Source: an uncultured delta proteobacterium (GTDB lineage: Bacteria > Desulfobacterota > Binatia > Binatales > Binataceae). From it: DNA of 64,000 bases. Of this stretch, positions 1-9,105 are shown one piece after another; the stretch's first letter is position 1, and every line of letters begins with the position of its first letter. The notes under the pieces were generated by a model. The model searched no databases. It was not told the origin of the DNA and worked only from the letters and a program-made list of their open reading frames with translations. Both the position numbers and the translations under genes were made by a program. The stretch spans positions 928,001-992,000 of the forward strand of contig CAVRVY010000004.1 of NCBI GenBank assembly GCA_963724765.1. The letters are read 5' to 3'.

Positions 1-63
1 CAGGATGCGCCGGCAAGTCTCGGTCATATCGGGTTCGTCGTCGACGATGAGTATTCGCTGCAC
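1..63 (-). CDS. Response regulator receiver domain, N-terminal part (runs off the left edge)
   Basis: Manual translation of the minus strand from GTG at 63 gives MQRILIVDDEPDMTETCRRIL, a typical receiver start (ILIVDDE). In-frame stop at 88-90 upstream. Not in the ORF track. Confidence 0.75.
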   Translation of the reverse strand, partial: MQRILIVDDEPDMTETCRRIL

Positions 64-162
64 GATCGCTTGGAGCGGGAAGCTGCCCTACCGGACTTCG
101 CCCTTCTGATTATGCCCATACAGGGCGGGCCGCTCCAAGCGGGCGGCAGCGTGCCCAAACGG

Positions 163-2319
163 TCACTCGTACCGGAGCGCTTCGATGGGATCGAGCATTG
201 AGGCTTTGCGCGCCGGATACCATCCGAAGAACAAACCAACTGCCGCCGCGAAGGCAAACCCGCCGATCACCGCGGTCGGTGAAATGAGTGTCGGCCAGCC
301 AGCCAGTGCGGACAGTACTTTCGACGCGACTATTCCGAGCGCGGCGCCCGCCAGTCCGCCCACGATGCTGAGCAGCGCGGACTCCACCAGGAACTGAAGA
401 AGTATCTGCAAACGGCGCGCTCCGATCGCCATGCGGATTCCGATCTCTCGCGTTCGCTCAGTAACCGAGACCAGCATGATGTTCATGATTCCAATGCCGC
501 CGACCAGCAGCGATATCGAGGCGACCGCCGCGACCAGCAGCGTCATGGCCTCGCTGGCGCTTTCCGAAGCTTGCGCGATTTCGCTGAGACTGCGGACGGT
601 AAAGTCATCGTCCTGACCGGGGCCGATGTGATGACGCCGATGCAGAAACTGCTGGACCTGGGTTTGCGCCGAATCGACCTCCTGGGCGGTGCGCGCCTTG
701 ATTAGGATCAGGTTCACCACGCCCGAGATTTTTGGCGGGCCACCGAATGGGTTGATGCGCGTGGTGCTCCCTTCATAGACCGGACTGGTCGCACTGGTGC
801 TCGGCGCACCGAGGTAGGGGTCGAGGACAGGATTGCTCGATCCGGTTGAGCTTGCGGGAACGCTCGCCGTTACCTGCGAGGTGCCCAGTACCTTTCGCTC
901 CGCGGTGCTGAAGGGAATGATTACGACGTCGTCCTGATCCTGGCCGTAGTTGGACTGGCCCTTGATGCCGAGCACACCGATCACGCGCAGGGGAAAATTC
1001 TTCACCCGAACGATCGTGCCGATCGGATCCTCACCCGGGCCGAACAGATTGTTCACCACCGTCCGTCCGAGCAAGCACACCGGCGCGGCGCTGCGCTCCT
1101 CGTCGTCGGTAAAGGCGCGGCCATCGACCACCGGCCAGTCGCGAATCATGAGATACGCGGGGGTGGTGCCGTTAATGCTGGTGCTCCAGTTCTGATGTGC
1201 GTACACAACCTGCGCCACCTGGCGGTCGGTGTAACTGGTTGCGGCGACGACGTTTATCTCCTTCCGAATCGCCTCGCCGTCCGCGACGGTCAGGGTCGAG
1301 AGACTGCCGGAACCCGCACGAACTCCGTTGGAAGTGGTGGCGCCGGGCAGCACCACCAGGAGATTGGTGCCGAGACTCTGGATCTGCTGTTGCACCGAAT
1401 AGCGCGCGCCATCACCTACCGCGACCATCGCGATCACCGCGGCGACTCCTATGAAAATGCCGAGCATGGTCAAAGCAGCGCGAGTCTTGTTGCGCCTGAG
1501 CGCTCGTGCCGCGGCACTCAGAGCCATGGGGCCAAATCTACGCGCGCGGGTTCGCCCGGCACTGGCAGTAGCCGGGGTCGGAGACGCGGGCTTCGCCGTG
1601 ACAGGCTCTCTGCTGGCAGCCGCTGCTTCAGCGCGAGCCTTTCGAACGTCGGAGATAATCGCGCCATCGCGGAAGGTCACCACGCGGTCCGTATACGCGG
1701 CGACGTCCGGATCGTGGGTCACCACCAGCACCGTGAGCCCCTGCTCACGGTTAAGCCGACTGATGATCTCCATGATCTCGGCTGAGTTCCTCGAGTCCAG
1801 ATTTCCGGTGGGCTCGTCGGCCAGCAGGATCGTCGGCTGGTTGATCAGCGCGCGCGCTATCGCAACGCGTTGCTGTTGTCCGCCAGAGAGCTGGTTCGGT
1901 TTGTTGTTTTCGCATCCCTGGAGCCCGAGCATTTCGAGCAGCAGCTCGGCGCGTTGCTCGCCCTCGCCGATTTGCTCCGAGTAAAAGAGCGGCAACTCGA
2001 CGTTCTCGAGCGCGGAGGTTCGCGAAAGCAGGTTGAAAGTTTGAAAGATGAAGCCAATTCGACGGCCGCGGATCGCCGCCAGCTCTTGCTCCCGAAGCGA
2101 GGCGACGTCGACTCCTTCCAGCTCGTAGTGGCCATCGGTGGGACGATCGAGGCATCCGATGATGTTCATCAGGGTCGACTTGCCCGAACCCGACGCGCCC
2201 ATGATCGCAATGAACTCGCCACGCTCGACGCAAAGTGAGACGTTCTGCAAGGCGCGCACTTCGACCTCACCCATCCGGTAGGTCTTGTTCAGCCCTTCAA
2301 TATGGATCACCGCCGACAT
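163..2319 (-). CDS. macB: MacB-family ABC transporter, ATP-binding/permease fusion
   Basis: Walker A GASGSGKS, LSGGQQQRVAIARA, DEPTGNLD, MacB permease motifs (IGIMNIMLVSVTERTREIGIR, DPIEALRYE). Start moved to ATG 2319 (MSAVIHIEG). Confidence 0.93.
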   Translation of the reverse strand: MSAVIHIEGLNKTYRMGEVEVRALQNVSLCVERGEFIAIMGASGSGKSTLMNIIGCLDRPTDGHYELEGVDVASLREQELAAIRGRRIGFIFQTFNLLSRTSALENVELPLFYSEQIGEGEQRAELLLEMLGLQGCENNKPNQLSGGQQQRVAIARALINQPTILLADEPTGNLDSRNSAEIMEIISRLNREQGLTVLVVTHDPDVAAYTDRVVTFRDGAIISDVRKARAEAAAASREPVTAKPASPTPATASAGRTRARRFGPMALSAAARALRRNKTRAALTMLGIFIGVAAVIAMVAVGDGARYSVQQQIQSLGTNLLVVLPGATTSNGVRAGSGSLSTLTVADGEAIRKEINVVAATSYTDRQVAQVVYAHQNWSTSINGTTPAYLMIRDWPVVDGRAFTDDEERSAAPVCLLGRTVVNNLFGPGEDPIGTIVRVKNFPLRVIGVLGIKGQSNYGQDQDDVVIIPFSTAERKVLGTSQVTASVPASSTGSSNPVLDPYLGAPSTSATSPVYEGSTTRINPFGGPPKISGVVNLILIKARTAQEVDSAQTQVQQFLHRRHHIGPGQDDDFTVRSLSEIAQASESASEAMTLLVAAVASISLLVGGIGIMNIMLVSVTERTREIGIRMAIGARRLQILLQFLVESALLSIVGGLAGAALGIVASKVLSALAGWPTLISPTAVIGGFAFAAAVGLFFGWYPARKASMLDPIEALRYE

Positions 2320-2326
2320 TGGATGC

Positions 2327-3517
2327 TCAATGCGCGAAGCGGAGCGTGGATGAAGACGCCGCCGGCGATGCCGCGGTGTTCGTGTCATCCGAACGCGCGG
2401 TTACTACCAATTCACCTGGCCTGAGGTCACCGCTCACGACCTCGACATATTGGCCATCGTCGAGTCCGGCTACGATCGACACTGGCCTGATAGCGCTGCC
2501 CTTCGCGACCCAGACCCGCCGCTCGCGCGAACCCGCCGGGTTCGTCGAGTTGTGCATCGCGGAGGTTGGCGAGAACCGCAATGCCTGGATTGGAACGCGA
2601 AGGACATTGTCGCGGCGTGCAGTAGTGATCGTCACGTTTGCGGTCATGCCGGGTTTGAGGAGGAATTCAGGATTGGGCACGTTCACCACGACGTCGTAGG
2701 TTGTAACGTTCTGCACACTGATCGGTACCTGGCGCACCTGCCCAAGAGTGCCCTCGAACACCCGATCCGGGAACGCGTCAACGCCGAAGACGGCGGTTTC
2801 TCCCTCCCGCACGTCGCCGATATCAGACTCGCTCACGTTGGTGTCGACCTGCATTTGCGTCAGGTCCTTCGCGATCAGAAACAGCGTCGGAGTCTCAAAG
2901 CTGGCGGCAACCGTCTGTCCAACATCCACGTTGCGCGAGACCACGGTACCGTCGACCGGCGAAATGATGTTGGTGTAGTCGAGATTGACCTGCGCCTCTT
3001 CGAGGTTGGCTTGCTGCTGTTTGATCATGGCGCGGTCCAGCGCGACTTGGGATACATCCTGTTGAAATGCGCTGCGCGCGTTGTCGAGCGTGTCTTGCGA
3101 GATCACCTTCTCGGCGAGCAGCTTCGTGTCACGCTCGTAGGTGAGGTTCTTGTAGGCGAGATCAGCCTGGTCTTTGCCGAGTTGGGCTTGCGCATTGCCA
3201 AGCGCAGCCGCCGCCTCATGCACTTTGACGGTGAACGGGCGAGGGTCGATTTTCGCGATCAGCTGTCCCGCTCTGACCGGCGAATTGAAATCCGCATAGA
3301 TGGCGATAATCGGCCCGGAGTCATAGGTGCCGACTTGCACGACGATCACGGGATTGACCGTGCCGGTCGCCGTGACCGAGCGGACCACTGAACCGCGGTC
3401 CACCTGCGCCGTGACATATCGAGGCCCGTCCTTGCGCCCGCTCATCCACCACAACGCAACCCCTGCCGTGATTAGCAGCGCGGCGGCAATCGGCCACAGG
3501 CGTTTGATAAGCGGCAC
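2327..3517 (-). CDS. macA: MacA-like periplasmic adaptor (efflux RND MFP subunit)
   Basis: N-terminal TM, lipoyl halves (IISPVDGTVVSRNVDVGQTVAAS), LKPGMTANV. Directly upstream of macB. GTG 3517 preferred because a sigma54 motif overlaps the longer start. Confidence 0.88.
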   Translation of the reverse strand: MPLIKRLWPIAAALLITAGVALWWMSGRKDGPRYVTAQVDRGSVVRSVTATGTVNPVIVVQVGTYDSGPIIAIYADFNSPVRAGQLIAKIDPRPFTVKVHEAAAALGNAQAQLGKDQADLAYKNLTYERDTKLLAEKVISQDTLDNARSAFQQDVSQVALDRAMIKQQQANLEEAQVNLDYTNIISPVDGTVVSRNVDVGQTVAASFETPTLFLIAKDLTQMQVDTNVSESDIGDVREGETAVFGVDAFPDRVFEGTLGQVRQVPISVQNVTTYDVVVNVPNPEFLLKPGMTANVTITTARRDNVLRVPIQALRFSPTSAMHNSTNPAGSRERRVWVAKGSAIRPVSIVAGLDDGQYVEVVSGDLRPGELVVTARSDDTNTAASPAASSSTLRFAH

Positions 3518-3537
3518 CTCTATATTCCGTAGAGTAA

Positions 3538-3552
3538 GCACTGGCTATGCCA
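3538..3552 (-). promoter_or_regulatory. Putative sigma54 promoter for macA-macB
   Basis: Minus strand TGGCATAGCCAGTGC = GG-N10-GC with TGGCA and TGC consensus elements. Confidence 0.65.
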
Positions 3553-3770
3553 CAGAAGATCAGGGGGACCTCGGACTCGGACGCTGACGGGTGTATCCGA
3601 TCGCACCACCGCGTGCCCTTGGTTCCTTTCGAGTCAGTATTCTCACAGCTTTTGGCGATGGGCAGTTGCGGTCCATTGCACCAACGAGCACATGCTGCGC
3701 AAATTGCGCCACCGTCATCGACACGCGGAGCAAACTTTGGTGGGAATAGCGGTGCCGAGACCGGTCGCAA

Positions 3771-3785
3771 CGGCATGGTTCATGC
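3771..3785 (+). promoter_or_regulatory. Putative sigma54 promoter for the DUF2267 gene
   Basis: CGGCATGGTTCATGC = GG-N10-GC, 28 nt before ATG 3814. Confidence 0.6.
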
Positions 3786-3813
3786 GTGTCGCAGATGTAA
3801 GGGAAGTAAGCTC

Positions 3814-4239
3814 ATGGAAGAAGAAAAGTTTGTCCATACAGTCGCCGAGCAATTGACCGTTGACAAGCAGCAAGCGAGGAAGATCGTGGCAGCCGTCTTC
3901 CGCGAGCTGCGCGATCAGCTCACACCAAAGGAAACTGCGGATGCGGCGGCCCAGATGCCGACCGGGCTCAGACGGCTGTGGCTAGCTTCCGAATCCCCCG
4001 GCAGGGAAGTCAGGCGCATTCATAAGTCGGAATTTATCCGGGAGGTATCCGAACGGGCGGAGATTCAGGAGGCTGAGGCGTCGCACGCTGTGAAGGTCGT
4101 CTTCCAGACTTTGCAGGGGCTGTTCCAGAGCCCCACCGGACAAGAGGGGGAAGCCTGGGATATTTTCAGCCAGCTTCCGAAGGACCTTAAGAAACTATGG
4201 ATGGAGGCGGCGCGGCTGCAATCGCAGCGGCCTGTGTAG
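3814..4239 (+). CDS. DUF2267-family protein
   Basis: F..tVAe, A..iv.AVFreLRdqL.pkE..d.AAQmP..l..lW and EFIREV..R...eA...vkvVF.tL......GEa.dIfsQLPkDLk.LW patterns. Start ATG 3814. Confidence 0.82.
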   Translation: MEEEKFVHTVAEQLTVDKQQARKIVAAVFRELRDQLTPKETADAAAQMPTGLRRLWLASESPGREVRRIHKSEFIREVSERAEIQEAEASHAVKVVFQTLQGLFQSPTGQEGEAWDIFSQLPKDLKKLWMEAARLQSQRPV

Positions 4240-4253
4240 CTACGCGTTGCGCC

Positions 4254-4691
4254 TCATTCGGATATTAGTATCCGCGGTTCGAGCCGAACCGGGGCGGAGA
4301 GCGATGCCGAAAGGAAACAAAGCTTGGCGCTTCTCTCCAGCACCTGCAATGCCGCGGCTGAGTCGGATCCGGCGGACAAGCCTAGCACTGGCCTCAGCAC
4401 AACTTCCGTGATTCGTACCACGCCTTCCTGGCGCTGGAGAAGTCCCTCGCCGGTGATATTGATCGACGTGTAGTCGAGCTTGGCCTCTACCGCTACCGCG
4501 CGCAGCGTGAAGAGAAAGCAGCTCTCGACCGACGCCACCAGGAGCTCTTCAGGGCTCCACGCATCGCCGGGGCCATCGAACTCGACCGGTGGCGCCATAC
4601 GTAGCTCGGGCAGGCCGCTGGCGTAGAGGGTCGCATAGCCGCCGGGGCCGTCTTTCAGAGTGACCTCGTAAAGATGCGGGAGCGGTTTCAT
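4254..4691 (-). CDS. OsmC/Ohr-family protein
   Basis: PVEFDGPGDAWSPEELLVASVESC and a second Cys in AKLCFLSASL. GGAGG RBS. Confidence 0.88.
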   Translation of the reverse strand: MKPLPHLYEVTLKDGPGGYATLYASGLPELRMAPPVEFDGPGDAWSPEELLVASVESCFLFTLRAVAVEAKLDYTSINITGEGLLQRQEGVVRITEVVLRPVLGLSAGSDSAAALQVLERSAKLCFLSASLSAPVRLEPRILISE

Positions 4692-4786
4692 AAATACCTC
4701 CGTTCTCGCTCGAACTGACAGACATTCCCGGCCTCGGTCCTAAGCGGCTTAAGCTCCGTTCTGGAGACGCTGGAGGACCGGATGAT

Positions 4787-5245
4787 TCAAGCGTGCGCCA
4801 CCTTTTCGATATGCTCCCGCAGTTTCATCGCCTGGTCCGACGAGCGTTTGCGAGCGTCTTCGCTGGCCTCAAGTTCGGCTTTGACCGCCTCGAGAGACTC
4901 GCCGAGGGTACGGACGCGCGCCCTTAGCTCTTCGCCCTGCTGCGTGGTCTCGCGCTCACGGCGGTCCAGATCCTTGAGCTCGTCTTCGAGGGTCGAAATG
5001 AGAACAGAATCTGCCCGAAGGCGAGCCAGTTCACTTACGTGATCTCGCAGCGCCTTTGCCTCCGCGAAAATCTGTTCGCGTTCGCGGGCGGCTTGCGACT
5101 GTTGCATCATGGCCGTTTCGATCGCCAGTTGCGCTTGCTCCACCTGGTTCCGGAGTTGCGTGATTCTGGTCGCACCATCGATGCCGTTCTCGTTCAGTCT
5201 CCTCATACTTTCCTGCAGGGCTCGGAGCAATGTCTCGTTTCTCAT
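4787..5245 (-). CDS. Hypothetical coiled-coil protein
   Basis: E/R/Q/L-rich heptad pattern throughout. Purine-rich RBS (GGGAGAGAGGG) before ATG 5245. Confidence 0.65.
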   Translation of the reverse strand: MRNETLLRALQESMRRLNENGIDGATRITQLRNQVEQAQLAIETAMMQQSQAAREREQIFAEAKALRDHVSELARLRADSVLISTLEDELKDLDRRERETTQQGEELRARVRTLGESLEAVKAELEASEDARKRSSDQAMKLREHIEKVAHA

Positions 5246-6620
5246 AGTCTTTCCCTCTCTCCCAAGTTGATTCCTCAGCCTTATGCGTGAAGGCTTGATT
5301 CGGTTGAGCGCCTGGCGCAAGAATCCGTTTGACTTCATCGTCGCTGATCTGGTGAAAGTCCCGATAGAATTGTCCTACGGCAAAGAAATTCTCAGGAGTT
5401 TCCAGACAGATGATCTTGTCGGCGTCGTCGCGCAGCGCCTCGAGAGTTTCCGCGGGCGCGACCGGAACCGCCAGTATGACCTGCTTTGGTTTCGCCCGGC
5501 GCACTCCGCGAAGCGCCGCCCGCACCGATGCTCCGGTGGCGATCCCGTCGTCGACGACGATCACGGTCTTGCCTGCCAGTGGCACCGCGGGTTCCGTGCC
5601 GCGGTATTCGAGTTCGCGCCGCTTTGTCTCCTTGAGCTGCCGCTCGATTTCGCGGTTGATGTAGCCGTCCTCGACGCCGAGCGATTCGATCACTTCCTGG
5701 TTGAAGATCGCGTGCGGATGATCGCCATCGACCACCGCGCCGATTCCTAGTTCAGGCTGACCCGGCGCTCCGAGCTTGCGCACGACCACGATATCGAGAG
5801 GCGCCCCGAGGACTTCGGCGACTTCGCGCGCCACGGGCAGACCGCCACGTGGAATGCCAAGCACAACCACCCGCTCGCCCCTGTAAGAGGCCAGCGCGCC
5901 GGCCAGCATCCGCCCGGCCTCTACGCGGTTCGAAAACACGATCGGATTGCCGGTTGAGACGCGGGCTGCCGGCGTGCTTGCCAGATGGCGGACAAACCAT
6001 TCGTTTGCGAGGTTCGCCACCTGCTCCAGCGTTCCCGCTTCCTCAAACAGATGGGTGGCGCGGGGTACGATCTGCAGCGATTTCTCGCAGCGCAGGAGAC
6101 GGTACGCCTTCTCGTTGAGCTCGATTACCCCGTAGTCCCTGCCGCCTACGATAAGCAGAGTGGGCGCCCTGACGTCGGCCAGATGGCGCAGCGCAAGGTC
6201 GGGACGCCCGCCGCGCGAAACCACGGCGCGAATAGTATAGTCCTGGGCGGCGGCCGTCAGCGCGGCCGCGGATCCGGTGCTGGCGCCGAAATATCCCAGT
6301 GCGTAGGCGTTCGTGTCCCGGCCTGCCCTCAGCCACCTCGTCGCGTCGCCAAGCCGATGGGCGAGGAAGTCGATGTCGAAAACGTTCTCGCGGTCGGTCG
6401 CCTCCTCGTCGGTCAGGAGGTCGAACAGCAGTGTGCCGATGCCAGCCTGTTGAAGCGCCTGCGCGACATACTGGTTACGCGGGCTCAGGCGGCTACTGCC
6501 GCTGCCGTGCGCGAATAATACGATCCCGATGGCGCCCTCGGGCATGACCAATTCGCCCTCCAAGCGCACCGAATCGGAAGGTATCAACTCTCGGCTTTGG
6601 CTTATACGTCGCTTCGTCAT
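5031..6620 (-). CDS. Alpha/beta-hydrolase (dienelactone hydrolase-like) - phosphoribosyltransferase fusion
   Basis: FAHGSGSSRLSPRN, GYFGASTG nucleophile elbow, VSRGGRPDL, ATHLFEE; then PRT motifs PRGG, VRKLGAPGQPELGIGA, VVDDGIATGAS, AVGQFYRDF. The C-terminal ~90 aa look like run-on. Confidence 0.9.
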   Translation of the reverse strand: MTKRRISQSRELIPSDSVRLEGELVMPEGAIGIVLFAHGSGSSRLSPRNQYVAQALQQAGIGTLLFDLLTDEEATDRENVFDIDFLAHRLGDATRWLRAGRDTNAYALGYFGASTGSAAALTAAAQDYTIRAVVSRGGRPDLALRHLADVRAPTLLIVGGRDYGVIELNEKAYRLLRCEKSLQIVPRATHLFEEAGTLEQVANLANEWFVRHLASTPAARVSTGNPIVFSNRVEAGRMLAGALASYRGERVVVLGIPRGGLPVAREVAEVLGAPLDIVVVRKLGAPGQPELGIGAVVDGDHPHAIFNQEVIESLGVEDGYINREIERQLKETKRRELEYRGTEPAVPLAGKTVIVVDDGIATGASVRAALRGVRRAKPKQVILAVPVAPAETLEALRDDADKIICLETPENFFAVGQFYRDFHQISDDEVKRILAPGAQPNQAFTHKAEESTWERGKDYEKRDIAPSPAGKYEETERERHRWCDQNHATPEPGGASATGDRNGHDATVASRPRTRTDFRGGKGAARSRK

Positions 6621-6634
6621 ACCCAAGACTGACA

Positions 6635-6649
6635 GCATCAGCTGTGCCA
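6635..6649 (-). promoter_or_regulatory. Putative sigma54 promoter for the hydrolase-PRTase gene
   Basis: Minus strand TGGCACAGCTGATGC = GG-N10-GC. Predicted +1 falls ~3 nt before ATG 6620. Confidence 0.65.
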
Positions 6650-6905
6650 CAGGAGTGACGTCCGACTCGCCGGTTTGGCACCATTTGCTATCGCCCCACT
6701 GGGCAGAAAGGAGACAGGACTGGTCCCGGAGGAGCCATTCTTCTGAACTGCACCGCAGGGATTATCAAGTCAGGGCGCCAGCCTCGGCAAGCGAATCCAT
6801 ACCGGCCGAATTCCCGGCCACGTCTCCGGATTACGCCAGAACTGTATCCGCCACGCCGCGTTTCCGGCATCCGACGATCAGGGCAAGTTTAGAATCAGAT
6901 GCTAG

Positions 6906-6920
6906 TGGCACGGGGACTGC
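6906..6920 (+). promoter_or_regulatory. Putative sigma54 promoter for the hemerythrin-like gene
   Basis: TGGCACGGGGACTGC(A) = TGGCACG-N-TGCA with GG-N10-GC spacing. Confidence 0.7.
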
Positions 6921-6957
6921 ACAAGCTAGTCGCTGGAGCACTTCGAAGGGGCCAATC

Positions 6958-7449
6958 ATGGAGACCAAACAAGTACCGCAAGTAGCGAGCAAAGAGTCGC
7001 AGATGAAGTTCACTCTGGCGAAGCTGGCCGACGAGGATGCCAGGCTGAGGCGGCCGATCCTGGAGGCGGCCTCGGTCGCCGCCCGGCTCTCGCTCGACCC
7101 CGGCAACCTTGAGTTGCGTGAAAGAGCCGCCAAGGCATGGTCGCGGATCGATTCCGTCATCGCGAGACACCTCGACAAGAAGGAACGCACGGTGCTGCCG
7201 TGGGCCGAGTCGCTTGCGGACTTTCCCGGCCAACTGGTCGATCGCGCGCGTAAAAAGCACGAACAGATCACGGCACTGCACGACATCATCGCCACACACT
7301 CCTTTGAAAAGGGGCGCGACGAAGAGGTCGCCGCCGAGGCGCGCAACCTCTGCGTTTACGCGACAACGCTCGACGATCTCATAGCCGGCGAGGAACGCGA
7401 ACTGTTCCCGGTGATGCGCCGGGTGCTCTTTCGTCACCCGCAAACCTGA
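6958..7449 (+). CDS. Hemerythrin-like (HHE) domain protein, degenerate
   Basis: HLDKKERTVLP, KHEQI and IAGEERELFP match the HHE pattern, but some His ligands are missing. Confidence 0.7.
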   Translation: METKQVPQVASKESQMKFTLAKLADEDARLRRPILEAASVAARLSLDPGNLELRERAAKAWSRIDSVIARHLDKKERTVLPWAESLADFPGQLVDRARKKHEQITALHDIIATHSFEKGRDEEVAAEARNLCVYATTLDDLIAGEERELFPVMRRVLFRHPQT

Positions 7450-7624
7450 GCCGGCGGTGCAACGAGGCTCGCGATCGCATGACCTGGAAGACCATCGAGA
7501 AGCCCCGGCGGGCGGGGCCCTTATACCCAACCTGATGGACTATGAGCAGGCCCGCATGAAGTAACCCCGATTTGTCCTGTGCAGCCGTGGGAGAAGATCG
7601 ACAAGCCGCAGTCTCGGCAGATAG

Positions 7625-8812
7625 ATGAGCAGGCAACCCAGGAATCCCCCCATGGCATCAAACGAAACGAAATCCATCGAGCTGTTCAGGGTCGCCGGAG
7701 TACAGATCGAGATCGACTATTCCTGGCTAGTGATTTTTTTCCTCGTGCTGTGGAGTTTATCCGCCGGATATTTTCCGCAAGAATATCCCGGCCAGCGGCC
7801 GCTCGACTACTGGGTCGTCGGCCTCGTGGCGACACTGTTTTTTTTCGCCTCGGTTTTGCTCCATGAGCTTTCCCATGCGGCGATGGCGAACCGGCTCGGG
7901 GAGAACGTCGATCGAATCACGCTTTTCATCTTCGGCGGAATCGCACGTCTCTCGGGCGAGCCGAAAAGCGCCAATAGCGAGATCAAAATAGCGGGCGTCG
8001 GACCACTAACCAGCGTGGCCCTCGCGCTTGCCTTCTGGTTGATTTCGAATGCCATCGGCCCAGCCGCGTCGCTGTGGACTGGGGTCTTTCGCTACCTCGC
8101 CTTCATCAATCTCGCGCTGGCGCTGTTTAATCTTCTGCCGGGGTTTCCGCTCGATGGCGGCCGACTGCTGAGGGCGGTGCTATGGAGGCGATGGGGTGAT
8201 CTGCAACGGGCGACGGCGCGCGCGGCGCAGTGGGGCAGTGGTATCGGCTGGGGGCTGATCGGTCTGGGTTCGATGGAGATTTTCGAGGGTGCGCTGGTCG
8301 GTGGCCTCTGGCTGATTTTCATCGGCCTCTTTTTGCATGGCGCGGCGGCGAGCGGTTACCAGGGCACGGTTATCGAGCAGGCCCTCGAGCACGTCCGCGT
8401 GAGCGACATCATGACTCGCGAGCCGGTGACGCTGTCACCCGAGGTGTCTGTCGGGGAAGCCATCGAACAATACTTTCTGCGCTTCGGTTACGGCGGCTTT
8501 CCCGTGACTTCGGATGGACACGTACTGGGCGTGCTGTCGCTATCGCACGTTCGTCACTGCCAGCCGCAGGAGCGAGCGCATAAGAGAGTGCGGGACATAA
8601 TGCTCCCTCTTAGGCCGGGCCTCGAAATCGCACCTGGGGCGAGCACGCTCGATGCGCTGCACAAGATGAACGAAGCGGACAGCGGCCGTCTGGTCGTCAT
8701 CGATGGCGGCAAGATGGTGGGATTTATCACGCGCACCGGCGTCGCGCGTATCGTGCAGATGAAGGCGCAGCTTGGCGGCAAGGCCAATGTTCCGAAGGAC
8801 AGAGAGACGTGA
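7625..8812 (+). CDS. Site-2 protease (M50) with a CBS pair
   Basis: HELSH zinc motif, FNLLPGFPLDGGR, several TMs, C-terminal tandem CBS. Start may be ATG 7652. Confidence 0.93.
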   Translation: MSRQPRNPPMASNETKSIELFRVAGVQIEIDYSWLVIFFLVLWSLSAGYFPQEYPGQRPLDYWVVGLVATLFFFASVLLHELSHAAMANRLGENVDRITLFIFGGIARLSGEPKSANSEIKIAGVGPLTSVALALAFWLISNAIGPAASLWTGVFRYLAFINLALALFNLLPGFPLDGGRLLRAVLWRRWGDLQRATARAAQWGSGIGWGLIGLGSMEIFEGALVGGLWLIFIGLFLHGAAASGYQGTVIEQALEHVRVSDIMTREPVTLSPEVSVGEAIEQYFLRFGYGGFPVTSDGHVLGVLSLSHVRHCQPQERAHKRVRDIMLPLRPGLEIAPGASTLDALHKMNEADSGRLVVIDGGKMVGFITRTGVARIVQMKAQLGGKANVPKDRET

Positions 8813-8819
8813 GCAGCGT

Positions 8820-8834
8820 TGGCACGACAATAGC
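8820..8834 (+). promoter_or_regulatory. Putative sigma54 promoter for the small protein / PCMT-Ere genes
   Basis: TGGCACGACAATAGC = TGGCACG with GG-N10-GC spacing. Confidence 0.62.
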
Positions 8835-8858
8835 TATCAGACCCAGAGGTCTCAGAAG

Positions 8859-9041
8859 ATGCCCGTAAATGTAGTCAAGACGCCCGCGGAAGAAATCGCG
8901 TGGGAGCGCGCAAAGGCTCGCGCTCGGGAGCAGTATCCGGAGGCTACCGGCGAACGCTTTTATCGGATTGTTATGGCCATCTACAAGAAAATGGTTCATT
9001 ACCAACCCCGATCCGCGCGCTATCGCCAGAGTGCGCGTTAA
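8859..9041 (+). CDS. Small 60-aa helical protein of unknown function
   Basis: MPVNVVKTPAEEIAWERAKARAREQYPEATGERFYRIVMAIYKKM. GAGGT RBS at 8846-8850, just downstream of a sigma54 motif. Confidence 0.72.
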   Translation: MPVNVVKTPAEEIAWERAKARAREQYPEATGERFYRIVMAIYKKMVHYQPRSARYRQSAR

Positions 9042-9105
9042 TCGAGAGGTCGCGGGCGATGCAGAAAAAACAAATGTCCCAGGCACTTATGCGAGGTGGC
9101 GAGTT

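Noticed and set aside
6676-6690. TGGCACCATTTGC as a sigma54 promoter
   Set aside because: GG-GC spacing is 8 nt rather than the required 10.
6529-6957. Long N-terminal extensions given by the ORF track (also 3547-3813, 8968-9105, 24985-25155, 31144-31503, 50859-51194)
   Set aside because: They overlap neighbouring genes or promoters; downstream starts fit domain boundaries, most with an RBS.
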